Under the pieces are notes generated by a model. It did not search any database. It was given only the letters and a program-made list of their open reading frames with translations, and was not told where the DNA came from. From contig CM075990.1 in assembly GCA_038087875.1 (NCBI GenBank), positions 10,604,001-10,668,000 of the forward strand: a stretch of 64,000 nt of DNA, read 5' to 3'. The DNA comes from Malacoraja senta. Taxonomy: Eukaryota. This document shows, in pieces, positions 1-11,829 of the stretch (positions are counted from its first letter, which is position 1; each line of letters opens with the position of its first letter). Made by a program: the position numbers and the translations under genes.

Positions 1-345
1 AGTGATGGAGGGAGTGACTGAGGGTAAGGGAAAGGAGAGGGAGGGAGAGCTGAGGGAGGGAGTGGGAGAGGGAGGAGGAGAAGGGAAAGAAGAGGGAGGG
101 TGAAGAGGAGGGGGAGGGAGTGCTGGGGATGAGGGGGAATGGAGGATAGGGGTAGGAAGAGGGATGGCGAGGCGCAGTTGGGGAGGGTTGCTGTGACTCG
201 CGTCACAACGGGGATCCCTGGCGTCACAACAGGAAACCATCAGCCACGCCTGCGCAGTTGGGGGCTATGGGTGAGTGGTGGAATATTGCATTCGGGGACC
301 AGCCCTCCCGAGTGACATGGACCCAACGGGTCCCACTTGGTCTAG
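1..345 (+). mobile_element. Non-autonomous Helitron, 3' part (cut by window start)
   Basis: GA-rich tract, then terminal hairpin GGACCC-AAC-GGGTCC (319-333) followed by CACTTGGT-CTAG (342-345) and T, the canonical Helitron 3' end. Confidence 0.8.
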
Positions 346-1008
346 TATATATATTACTCTCATCTTGTTTGTTATTATGTCTGTGATTCTATCTGTCTGT
401 CTGTCCATATGCTCCCGGAACTAAGCCAAAAAGGTACACGATAGTGCTACAATATTTGGACCACCTTACTTACCATTGTCCTGTGGTGTGTTTTCAACAA
501 GTCTCGTTCAGATTGATGGTATATTTTACAAGTTATACACATTTTAAACTTCACAACACTCCACTTTGAGAAAATTCACTTGCATCTGCACTGACAGCAG
601 CTTATGATGTCACAATGGGATCCCGAATTTCATTTACATAAAAGATCGCTCTTTTAAAAAAAAAATCCGTTACAATGTTAACAAGGACAGGACTCCCAGT
701 GCAATGAGAGATTTGTTACATTATTGTAAGGAGAGAGAGGGAGTGGGGCGAGGATTGTTGTTTAATGTTATTTAAACAGATAGAGGGAGAGGAGGGAGGT
801 AAGGAGGGGAGAGGGTTTATGGAGGGAGGGTAGGGGAAAGGAGAGGGAAGGGAGGAGGAGAGGGGAAAGAAGAGGGAGGGTGAAGAGGAGGGGTGGGAGT
901 GCTGGGGGATGAGGGGAAATGAGCCAAGTTGGGGGCTATGGGTAGTGGTGGAATATTGCGTTGGGGGAACAGGACTCAACGGGGCCCAATGGGTCCCACT
1001 TGTTCTAG
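346..1008 (+). mobile_element. Non-autonomous Helitron, head-to-tail with the preceding copy
   Basis: 5' sequence resembles the 5' arms at 15838 and 27860(-); ends with hairpin GGGGCCC-AAT-GGGTCCC and CTAG (1005-1008) then T. Confidence 0.75.
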
Positions 1009-1751
1009 TATATACTAAAAATGTAGGCCAACCAAGGGTGATGTGTAGTTAACATCTAACTTAATCATTCCCACATAGAGAAGATGCCTGCAGTCCCACA
1101 AATCCAGTCACAAATCCATTCCACCGGTCTCCCAAATGCTTGTTCCTATGTATGGGCTGTATGTAAGTCAGGTGTTTGTAACCCGGGGAGCACGTGTACA
1201 ATGTTCACAGTTGTCATGCTCTGTTCAGATCAAATTTAAAGTTTGTCATATTTTTCTCAGTGTCCAAGTCAGGAGAGTTTATTATTGGGTCATACATTCT
1301 ACCTTTATTTTCTAGATGGTTCTTTCCTGCAAACTGATATATTAGTGGCCTGCAGGAGTTTGTGCAGACATAAGCAGAGGTCTCTGAGATACTAAGCAAT
1401 AAGTTGTAAGATTTATTAAAACTCTGTGGATGGAACAATCTGGGTTGTAGCTTTGATAAGAATGACTCTACATGTAGCCTATCCAGATGAATATCCTGAG
1501 GATCAATATTAGCCAGCACCTGCATTGATGTAGATTTCAGGTTCTGGCAATAGCACATTTTGAGCATCCACAAATTTGGAACGAGTACCAGATGTCCAGC
1601 CTGGTGTTTAGTATTTTGTTGTTTAAGAGACCAAAGACACAGGCACGTTGTGGCGTACTCCCATTGTGATACCATAAGCTCTTATTTCACACTATCTTCA
1701 TCTAGCTCTTTAGGTTTTCAGTTTTTGGAGATGACCCCAAATGTCAGAGTA

Positions 1752-1851
1752 GGCAGAGTCTGAAGTAGGGTTTCGGCCCGAAACGTTGCCTATTTCCTTC
1801 GCTCTATAGATGCTGCTGCACCCTGCTGATTTTCTCCAGCACTTTTGTCTA
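1752..1851 (+). mobile_element. Short retroposed repeat with minimal hammerhead-like motif (Penelope-like-element-related)
   Basis: CTGAAGT-AGGG-TTTCGG-CCC-GAAACGTT near the 5' end; perfect 15-bp TSD CCAAATGTCAGAGTA at 1737-1751 and 1852-1866. Confidence 0.7.
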
Positions 1852-3180
1852 CCAAATGTCAGAGTAACTGAACACCCAATTGCTTCACTTTCCAAATATC
1901 TTTTGTGTAGCTAGGTATGATATTTTTGTTTGATATCGTTTCTACTAAGTTCCTTATGATATTTTTGCTTTAGTGGTGCTATGACAATGGAAGCTGTTAT
2001 TAGTGTAATAGAGTGTCACATGTACACTCTCGTGTCAAAACCAGGGTATTGGATCCAGTGAAACATGAGGCAAAAACATGAAAAACAAAACACACTTCCA
2101 CAAATGTTGTTATAATCACAATAGTTTGGTGTCAAAGGAAATGGAGTTGAATTGGTGATTAGCCAGGATCTAATTAAGTGGCTGTGCAGAGGTTTTGGGA
2201 CTCAATAACCCACTTCTGCTTCTTATGCTTAGATGCTAGAAACATTTGCTGGTAGTTCGACTACTGTTTCAAATTGACAACAGTTGGCCACTATTCAAAG
2301 CAAATCTCCAATCCACAATGGTATATCCAAGATGATAATTTATATATAAATCTTTTGCAAAGGAAACAATTAGTTCTTTAGGAAGAGAATTTTAAAATTA
2401 ATACATTCAACTGGCCTATTATTAGAAACAATTTAAACTCTGAGAACGACAGCATGTGATGAAAAAGCTTTGAAAATCACGTCCCTTTATCCAGCTGTCT
2501 TTCTTTTACTCTTTACATTGATTATCTTATTTCATTGGGTTTTGGCCAAAGATGAAGACCTCCTTAAGTATTTTCATGTCTGGAGGAAATATATTTCTGA
2601 CTTGGTGGCAATAAAAAAAAAAATCCACCATAGTGGAAAAAAGTTTTGGTTCTGCTTGTTATTTTCTGTTCACAATATGCTGTTTATTGTTCCATTGTAT
2701 CATTCACAAAATGATAAAGTGTTTTTGCAAGTAAAGTAAATGTATGTACATGCAGTCAAAACTTTGATAATCTGCTGCCTCCATTGTTTGGAAATTGCCT
2801 TGGTGTCCCATGCTTCTTCTAACATACTGGGGCACAGCCTCCACCCACCTTCTAACACCCTAGGAGCATGGAAACCAAGCTCCCTCCAACACACCATGGG
2901 ACTGGTTCTTGCAGTCTCTTAAAACTCGCTGAGCCTGGGTTACCATGCTTCTCAAGCTCACAGTGGCTTTGGTTCCCATGCTCTTTAAGCAATATCAGTG
3001 TCCAGATTCCCATGCTCCCTTTAAAATCAATTGTGACCTATTCCCTGTTCTCCATTAAAATTCACCTGGTTCTGTTTCCTGTGCACACTTGAAACTCACA
3101 TGGTTCATTGGAAAACTATTATACAACCATACGGTGTAACATTAAACAAAAATAAAAGTATGGTGGTGTTTTAAATGAAA

Positions 3181-4120
3181 CTAGACCAAGTGCAGACCCG
3201 TTGGGTCTGGTCCCCGAACGTGCTTCAGACTTCGGGGTCTGGTTCCCGAACGTGCTTCAGCGTCTTGACGGCGTAGACAGCGTCTGGAAGGCCGTATGCA
3301 GCGTCCTGACATCGTACGCAGCGTCTTGACGTTGTACGTAGCGTCTTGACAGCGTACGCAGCGTGTTGACGGCGTAGGCGGCGTACGCCGTCAAGATGCT
3401 GCGTATTACGTCGAGACGCTGCGTACGGCTGTCGAGACCCTGCGTACGCCCTCAATGGGGCTGCGGGCCGACAGGCCGTTGACACGCCGGCTCTGCGACG
3501 CTGGCTGAAGGCAAAGATGGGTTGTTTCGCCGCTGCTTTTCGGCGTCCTCGGAAAGAGGACGGCAAAAAGCAGAGGGGGAAGAGCCGATGTTTGGCTTGA
3601 GCCAGCGTGAGAGAGCCGGCCCGGGGGGGGGGGGTAGTGGAGGAGAGCCGGGCGGCAGCAGTGAAAATCGCCAGCGAAAAAATTAAAATGTCGGCGTTTT
3701 TGGAGAAGAGCCGTGTGCTTGAGCCAGTGTGAGAGAGCTGGCGCAAGGGGGGTGGGGGGGGGTAGTGGAGGAGAGGCGGGCGGCATCAGCAAAAATCGCT
3801 AGTGAAAGAAAAAAATGTCAGCGTTTTTGGAGCAGAGCCGGGCGGCAGCAGCCGTTATGCTTGCTGGCCAGCAGGAGGCGACAAAATGAGTGAGGGGGGG
3901 GGGGGGGGAGGTGGATTTTATTTTTAAATGTGTACATAAAAATGTCAAAATCTAATAAGGAGTGTGTTAGGGTATGTAAAAGTGTAATGTCTAGCGAAAT
4001 GGAATAAAATCTCAGAGTTTTCGCGTGTGGTTTTCGGCGGACCAAGGAATCATAGGCCAAATGTGACACCCACAAATAAACACACACACCCACACACACA
4101 GAGTTTTAAAAGTATATAGA
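3181..4120 (-). mobile_element. Complete non-autonomous Helitron
   Basis: Minus strand: A|TCTATATACTTTTAAAACTC start at 4120; end CAGACCC-AAC-GGGTCTG hairpin then CACTTGGTCTAG|T at 3181; inserted between A and T; internal minisatellite and ~120-bp duplications. Confidence 0.85.
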
Positions 4121-4284
4121 TAACATACAATAATGTGGAAAAATACAGTTCCTAACATGTTGGATTCATAGTTTTACTGTACTCTGAAATATTTTTGTTA
4201 CTGCTGTATTTTATTTTTGAGAACAACACAATCTGTGCACAAATTAAGAAAATGATTTATATTCACAATTTGTAATAAGACTAT

Positions 4285-4689
4285 AAACCTGTACAAATGA
4301 CATATGGATGACTAATGACATCACATGGTGCGCGTGATGTCATTAGAATACCTTGCGGCGCGCGGCGACATATGATTACGCACGGTGACGTAACCATGCG
4401 TCACCACGCGATACACGTGAGACGTCGGGACGCCAGCATGCGACACCAATGCGTCAGCGTGCGTACCCAATGCGTCAGTGTGCGTATGCAATACGTCAAG
4501 CAGATGGCGCGCAAGGATTTAGTGCATCACGAAATCCTGGAGCGCCGCGCGATACCGCGCGCAACTCCACACTCCTCCATGCGCCCATCCCGCGCTACCC
4601 ACACGCTACCCGTGCGTCACAACGCGACAACCACATTTTTGGACGTCGCATAAATGGCGCGCAAATGGCGACAAAGTGGGACAGGCCCT
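4285..4689. mobile_element. PIF/Harbinger-type MITE (left TIR degenerate)
   Basis: Right TIR GTGGGACAGGCCCT followed by TAA, same terminal motif as the other MITEs here; CpG-rich repetitive interior. Confidence 0.55.
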
Positions 4690-5597
4690 TAAATATATTG
4701 TCTGCTAACCTTGTGAGATTAATGCTTGGAAATTCAGATTAACAACTCATTTATGAGACTAAACTGTTGAAATAATTACATCACATTTAAGAATAAAAAC
4801 AGGGAAGACAAAGCAAAGCAAGGAAGACATTTATTTCCCAGAGAGAATACAAATGTTAATCACTTAGTATAAAACTGACACAACTGATTTGAGGAATTAT
4901 GTTGCACTCACCGAGGAGTTAAATATGATATTTTATCTAAATCTGTGTCCACTCGACACTTAATGTTAAAATTATGAATGTGGAAAATGAATTGCAACAG
5001 CTGCATAGTGAAACAGAAACTGGCATTTGTAGAGAGGCAAGAAGGTGGAGATTCTAATAAATTCTGAAGATAATAACAAGAACAATATAGTCAGCTGTGT
5101 AATAATAATGTTTGATATTTATCAGAAGAAAATACTTTATCATAATGGGATGTGCATGAGGTGAGAGAATCATGGTTCCTAGAAGTAGGATTGTGGTCAA
5201 GGGTAAATTGTATTCCGTTTAGGGATTCTGGCCAAAGAAGAGGGTTATGGCCAGGGTGTTAAATATGAGGGACAGGGCGAGATAGTGGTTAGATGGTAAG
5301 AGATGATAATAGTTGAGCATGGAGATTGTGGTTGAAGGAATGAGGGCTAGGTGAGTAAAATTTTGTTTATACTGCACGGATCTGGTCGAGGGTCGAGATG
5401 AAGGTGGTTGGAGTGGACATTAAAGGAACCTAGAGTTCTTGAGGGTTTCAGTTATCATTTGCATTTCAGTAGAAAGGAGTGTAATTTAGGATTGAGAGGC
5501 TGAATTACATAGATACTTTCTGCGTGTCATCATTGTTTATAATAATTCTCAAGTACTGACTTCAGAAATTGGATTTCACCCTTTTGCGATATGCTAA

Positions 5598-6201
5598 AGG
5601 CTCTGTCTTACCTGTTTGCGGTCATCGGCGATGAAGCGCGGCGTCGCCGGTAGCGGGGACCGTGCGGCAACGGCGAGAGCGGCGAGCCTATCCACCGGAG
5701 TGCCGCACGGATGCTGCGCGGGGGCCGAGTAATTCAAACACGGCGGGTCCCACGTGCTTGCGGTAAGTAAAAAAAAGGGCGGGCCGATTGCGATGACGTC
5801 GGCCCACCGCACGTGACTCACTAGCGGCGGCTGTGGCGGCGGCCATCCTGATCGCGGCGCTGTAGCGGTGGCTGTGCCTGCGGCTGTGCAGCACACGTGC
5901 CTCACTGGCGGAGGCACGTGCGTCACTGGCGGAGGCTGTGGCAGTGGAGGTTTGACGCACGGCGCTCGAGCCACACTGGCGGCGGCCCGTGCGGGCGGCC
6001 GTGCCGCACTCGTGCATCACTGGTGGAGGTTGTGCGGTGAGTATAAATTTTTCGACATTGTTGATTTTATTTTAGCACCGTGCGGTATTGGGAACACCGC
6101 TGCACGGCCCCGGAATTGTACGTTCTCACGAGTGCGCGGTCTATGGCGGCAGATTCTTCCCGTTTCGCCGCCAATGACCGCAGACTCGTGAGACAGGCCT
6201 T
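5598..6201. mobile_element. PIF/Harbinger-type MITE
   Basis: Imperfect TIRs AGGCTCTGTCTTAC..GCGGTCATCGGCG / CGCCAATGACCGC..GTGAGACAGGCCTT; TAA TSD at 5595-5597 and 6202-6204; same family as 42711-43277. Confidence 0.85.
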
Positions 6202-6964
6202 TAAGATGTTTAATGTTTAGCACTTATGTCCAATCAAGTTGATCAAATATATGTTTAAAACAGTGTTTATAAGGTTTATACACAGAAATGTACACTAAAA
6301 CAGTCTTCAGGAAAGGTGTCAGGGAAGAGTGCCGGGCAGGATACCATTCAGGACTGCCATTCGTAGAGTCTCGCAGGAAGTGGCAAGTGGCTGGAGTGGT
6401 GCCAGCAAAGAATGAGAATCCATGAAATAAGAAGGAAAATTACAAGAAATTTCAGATATGAGTGTCTGCAGGTACTTTGCTCAGTCCCCTAATGATCTTC
6501 TAACACACACGTTCACGACACAAGTTCATATCACACCATGAAATGACAGCATAACACTCTGACAGCATGCTCACCTGCATTCCACACCAAACAATCATAT
6601 CCTGTTCCCTGATTTGACCCAGAGCAGCAATCTGAAGAGAACTCTTCAAGGGCTATGTAGACGTAATAGGAAAAGCAGTCATCTTTCACCATTCAGCTGC
6701 AAGGGATCAGTGATAAGGCATGAGGACCTGAAAACGCACATATAATGTAGTGAAACGGGAAAAACTCTGGTACGTTAACAATTAGACCAAATTTTTATTA
6801 TTATTTAATATTACATTATGTTTTTTGTTGGTTTATATTATTCTGAATATTAGACCAGCATTATTCAAATGCTTTCTATTTAAAATAAATCACAACCTTC
6901 ATTATACAGAGATAAGTGACACTGGGATGTGGTAGCTGCTGGTATTACTACAGCCCTTGTCACA

Positions 6965-7555
6965 CATAAAGTCATACTGCACGGAAAAAGGCCCTTCGAC
7001 CCAACTCAGCCATACTTCCCAAGAGGCCCATATCCCTCTGAACCTTTCTTATCCATGTACATGTCCAAGAGTCTTTTAAATGCTGCTAAAATACCTGCCT
7101 CAATTACCTCCTCTGGCAGCTCATTCCATGTACCCACCATCCTCTGTGTGACAAACTTGGCCCTCAGGTTCCTATTAAATCTTACTCCTTTCACCTTTAT
7201 TCTATGTCCTCTGGTTTTAATTCCCCTACCCTGAGTAAAAGTGTGCATTCACACTGTGTTCCCCTCATCTAATGGGGAGAAGGCAGGCACGGGTTACTGA
7301 TTGTGGATGATCAGCCATGATCACAATGAATGGTGGTGCTGGCTCGAAAGGCCAAATGGCCTCCTCCTGCACCTATTTTCAATGATTTTATACACCTCTA
7401 TCAGATAACCCCTTAGCCTCCAAGGAATGAAGTCCTTGGCTGCCCAACCTCCGCGTAAATCTTCTCTGTACTATTTCCAGCTAACGACATCCTTCCTATA
7501 GCAGTGTGACCAAAACTGAACACTGTATTCCAAATATGTCCACACCAACGTACCT
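6965..7555 (-). mobile_element. CR1 LINE 3' fragment, with a second short CR1 3' end (+, ~7270-7380) inserted
   Basis: ORF 7006-7248(-) TRGHRIKVKGVRFNRNLRAKFVTQRMVGTWNELPEEVIEA is a typical CR1 ORF2 C-terminus. Confidence 0.8.
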
Positions 7556-8743
7556 TACCTTGAATGATTGTTAATGAAGCAGTTTCCTCGGTGAATGGGT
7601 ATGTCAGCAGCTAAATGCTCAAAAACACACCAACATTAATAATAGAGTGCTCCGTTGACTTTGACAGTGTTTATAGTAAAACTTGAAGCTGCCCAGTTAG
7701 TTTCCCATTTTTGCTTCATATAATAAAAGTAACACAAGAGCATTCCTCAATAGTTGTAGGTTGCTTCTTTGTGCAATGTATTTTGATAAGGGGGGGAAGC
7801 ATGTGTTTCAGAAATAGAGACTTCATTCAGCACACCTCAGATACATTGGATAAATTAGGTTTGCACACTTTGTACATGCAGTAATCAAACTCATTTCAAG
7901 GATCTGAATTGTACTATCGGGTCTCCGCTCTTGCAAACAAGCCTTCATTGTTAAAAATGGAATTGTTAAATCAGACAAGTATAAGAAAGTATATATATAT
8001 CAATAGAAAAATATGTTTTCCATGAAAAACAGTTTCAGAAAACAGCCATGTTTTCACAAGTGATGTGAAAAAAACAAGAGTGTTGTATCAATATCAATCA
8101 ATAAGTGAAAAAATACATGACCTGAATCATTTCTGGAGTTGCAACAGGCAAACACTGATTCTAACCAGTACTGCATTTAAATTGAAAGATTTTAGGTTAC
8201 TTGTGACAAACAGTTATTAATTAATCAATCTTACTGTTTTACGCTTTCGAAATGTTCCAATCGCTGATCAAGGGAGCTATCTGGCACTTTGCTTCACTGT
8301 GTACCTACATTTCTCTCATGGCCCTCGGCACATAGTGGAATTGAGCAAACCAGTGAAGCGGATAGAAGTCAGTCGGAAAGGAAATTGGACAGAATATCCA
8401 AAAGGCACCTGATCATTTATCAAAACATTTGCATCAATTTGTTAGATTCCAATTTAATCCTATTGGAACATGCTCAGAGCAGTCTGTGGTTAATTTAATG
8501 CAGAATAATTAAATCCGACTGTTTTCTTGCATTCAGGTTTCTTAGAGGTTATTATTGTTAACCTCTATTTTGTCTTATTTCTACTGCATCTTGGAAGATA
8601 ACAAATTAAGTGTAAAGAGTTACAACATTATTGTACATTGTACAGTGTAGATGGCACCAAAGGATAATAGTTGCAAGTTTCAGAATATAATCACTCAATA
8701 CTTAAAGTTTATAATGCCATCTGACCAACACCAATATCCTATA

Positions 8744-8818
8744 GCCTGAAGAAGGGTCTCGACCTGACATATCACCCATTCCTGCCTGTCCCGCTGAGTT
8801 ACCCCAGCAATTTGTGTC
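8744..8818 (+). mobile_element. Short hammerhead-headed repeat (decayed)
   Basis: CTGAAGAAGGGTCTCGACC...; TSD TATCCTATA at 8735-8743 and 8819-8827. Confidence 0.6.
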
Positions 8819-9499
8819 TATCCTATAACCTACAAATGCCATGTAATGTATTTTGTTTCAAATTGATAACGTTTAGATGCAGATTCGGATTAGGTACAGA
8901 TTAGTTTATTGTCATAGACACCAAAGGGCAATGAAATTCCTTACTCATAAGAAGCTCATAGAATACACATGACAATGATAGACACAAAATAAATACAATG
9001 ATGAATGTCAACGAGCAGAATGATGCAAAGATTGTAGTACAATCAGAAGCAGTGCAAAAACAATAAAATGCAATAACAAAATAATGAAATGATCTAGAGT
9101 TAAGAGTATGTGGCAGTACCTCTTGGAAGGCAGTGTCAAAGTGGTGATTGGGTCAAGAATTGGATAGCAGTGGGGAAGAAGCTTTTATGTCTGAAAATCC
9201 AGACTTTCAAGCTCTTGTATCTTCTCCCAGAAGATAGAAGAGAGAAAAGAAAATGATTTATAAAATAAGGCATTCGTGACAATTATTTCAGCCTTCCTGA
9301 TGCAATACACTGAAGATGGACTAGATGGAAGGAAGTGATGAGCCTGTGATGGACTGAGTTGAGTTCACCACGTTCTGCAGCTGAAGATGGTCAAGAGCAG
9401 AGCACCAGAGGGATTGGTGGTAATGCAAGAGTATAGATCAAAGAATTATTAATTCACATAATACAGTCAGTAGGAATAATGGTGTAATTTTCACATAGG

Positions 9500-9860
9500 A
9501 ATCAGTGACTATTGAGGTACTGAAGTGATTTCTTTAGGGGTCACAATCTACATCAAGAATTTTGATTAATAATTCAAATATAACATATCCAAGTCTATTG
9601 ACAATTCTAAGCTTGGTGGAGGTGTCAGAGGCTTCTAGGGAATTAAGAGAGTCTAAGAAGCTATACTTGCCAGAGGATATTGCATCTTTGGAAAGCTGTA
9701 GATACTTGTGTATATTCAAGGAACAGATTGCTAAGTTTTTTTGGATATGTCAAGAAATATGGGTTAATGCAAGAAGGTGATACTGAGGAAAAAGATCATT
9801 GTGATCTGATTGAATACCAAATTAGGTGAAAGGGGCTGTATAGCATACACCTGCTTTTAT
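9500..9860 (+). mobile_element. Degraded CR1 fragment
   Basis: Similarity to the CR1 RT (KLGG region) and CR1 3' UTR seen at 17597-19450. Confidence 0.45.
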
Positions 9861-10389
9861 TTGTTAAATTCCAATAATTGCCATATTTAAAACTTATGTC
9901 CTTCATGTCTCCTGGAACTAAAATTTCCATGTAGCAGGAAATGAAAATAGTACTTTTATACAATGACCTACTAAAAAGGAAATTGCAACTGTATGTAATT
10001 TCTGAGAATAACTTTCTTAACCAAATCCCTAGTTAGAAGGAATAAGACATTTTGAAAGAGAACTTTCATATAATAATTGAAAAGAATGACAAATCAATAA
10101 CAAACTGAGCCAAATAAACCAGACTGGTGTGTTGGCTTAATACTTTTACCCTAGTCTGAGAAAAAGAAAATAACGTTCTAGACTACTAATTTTACAAGCC
10201 TTACATTGCAGTAATCAGAGTGCAATAGGTGATAACCACTTAAATATCAAAAATTACAGATTGCAAGCCAATAAAAATAATATGAAGTTAGCCATAAAGT
10301 AAATCCATGTTCAATTACAGTTTCATTTCCTCCACATGACTCTTCCATTTCCGAAATTTGTCCATCTCATGAGGAATATGTTTATCACA

Positions 10390-10660
10390 TGAATGAACAT
10401 GGCACAGTACAGCACAAGAACAGGCTCTTTGGCACACATGACAATCACATCTATCTGCACATAACCCATATCCCTCCATTCCTTGCATATGCATATGCTT
10501 ATCCAAAGGCCATTTAAATGCCATTAACATATCTGCTTCAACCATGGGCAGGACGTTCCTGGCACTCACAACCTACTGTGTGAAAAAAATTGCCCTGCCA
10601 ATCTACTTTAAACTTTGTCGCTCTCACCTTAAAGCTATGCCCTTCAGAATTAGATTTTTC
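10390..10660 (-). mobile_element. CR1 3' end fragment
   Basis: ORF pieces GHSFKVRATKFKVDWQGNFF and LPMVEADMLMAFK. Confidence 0.6.
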
Positions 10661-10663
10661 CAT

Positions 10664-10831
10664 CCTGTATGTCTTTGGAGTGTGGGAGGAAACCAGAGCA
10701 CCTAGAGAATACCCACGCAGGTCACAGGGAGAACGTACAAACTCCGTACAGACAATGGCAGTAAACAGGATCGAACCCGGGTCTCTGGCGCTGTAAGTCA
10801 GCAACTCTACCACTGCATCACTGTGCCACCC
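10664..10831 (-). mobile_element. tRNA-derived SINE, 5' part
   Basis: Minus strand GGGTGGCACAGTGATGCAGTGGTAGAG (A box) ... GGTTCGATCC (B box); same family at 22716-22955 and 51679-52001. Confidence 0.75.
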
Positions 10832-10869
10832 CTGAAACAATCTTAAAACCTATAGACAAAAGGATGGGG

Positions 10870-11008
10870 TGGAAGATTGCAACCTTCACGTGGTCCGCCC
10901 TGTTTCGACTAATGCAATCAACTCGACGTGCACAAACGGAAGATCAAATAGAACAAGTTGTCCAACAACTTTTTGCTGTGCATGCCACACGAAAGAAGAA
11001 GAAGAAGA
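10870..11008 (+). mobile_element. Short SINE-like element with RTEX-type tail
   Basis: Ends CACACGAAAGAAGAAGAAGAAG, same tail as the RTEX element ending near 12819. Confidence 0.45.
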
Positions 11009-11119
11009 CTAAAGGATACAAAGTGCTGGAATAACTCAGCAGGTCAGGCAGCATCCCTGGAGAACATGGACAGGCGATGTTTCATATCGACACCCTTCTA
11101 CATAGTTGTAATCACTATC

Positions 11120-11720
11120 CCCAAAATGCTCTTCCACTTAAACATTGGTCATCTGGCCAGGCTCATTTTCCAATATAAGTACTTTCCAATATATGTTCCC
11201 TTCTGTGGTTAGACTATCCACGTACTGTTTCAAGAAACCTTCTTGGATACACCTCACAATTCTGCCCCGTCTAAGCCTTTGGCACTGAGCAAGTCCCTGT
11301 CAATACTGGGAGAGTTAAAATCACCCACGAAGGCAACCCTGTTGCTTTGGCATCTTTCAGTAATCTGTATCCATATCAGTTCCTCTATCTCCATCTTTCT
11401 ATTGGAAGGGGTCTACTGTACAATCCTACTATAGTGCTTGTACCATTCTCATTTCTAAGCTCCCCCCAAACTGTCCAGTATCTCCTCTCTGAGTGCTGCC
11501 CTGACAGTCTCCCTGATCAGTTGTGCAACTCCTCCACCTCTTTTGCCTCCCTCGTCTGATCACGTCTGAAACATCTACACCCTGGAACATTGAGCTACCA
11601 CCAGTCATGTCCCTCACGCAGCAATGTTTTCACAATGGGCGCATCATCATAGTCCCAAGCATCGCATGGGCTCTAGATTCATCAGCTTTCTTCACAATAC
11701 ACCTTGCTCCAACTTGAACC
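11120..11720 (-). mobile_element. Degraded CR1-like APE endonuclease fragment
   Basis: Minus-strand translation contains VAFVGDFNSPSID. Confidence 0.55.
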
Positions 11721-11829
11721 ACTTATGCCATTTTGACAGAAAATGTTTTAATGCCACAGACTCACTTGGAAGAATCCTATAATCAGCTTTGTGGATACTC
11801 ATTTAAATCTGGGCAGTGTGTCATGGTGA

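Noticed and set aside
1214..1675. 153-aa minus-strand ORF in unique sequence
   Set aside because: No recognisable motif or convincing splice sites, and a retroposon sits just upstream; needs BLASTX to exclude a decayed coding remnant
3258..3450. Short regular repeats superficially like a CRISPR array
   Set aside because: Contiguous 20-bp units without unique spacers, in a eukaryotic context inside a Helitron
5594..6223. Ala/Arg-rich ORFs in GC-rich islands (also 4315-4742, 33926-34280, 42004-43449)
   Set aside because: Stop-poor GC-rich MITE interiors with no transposase motifs
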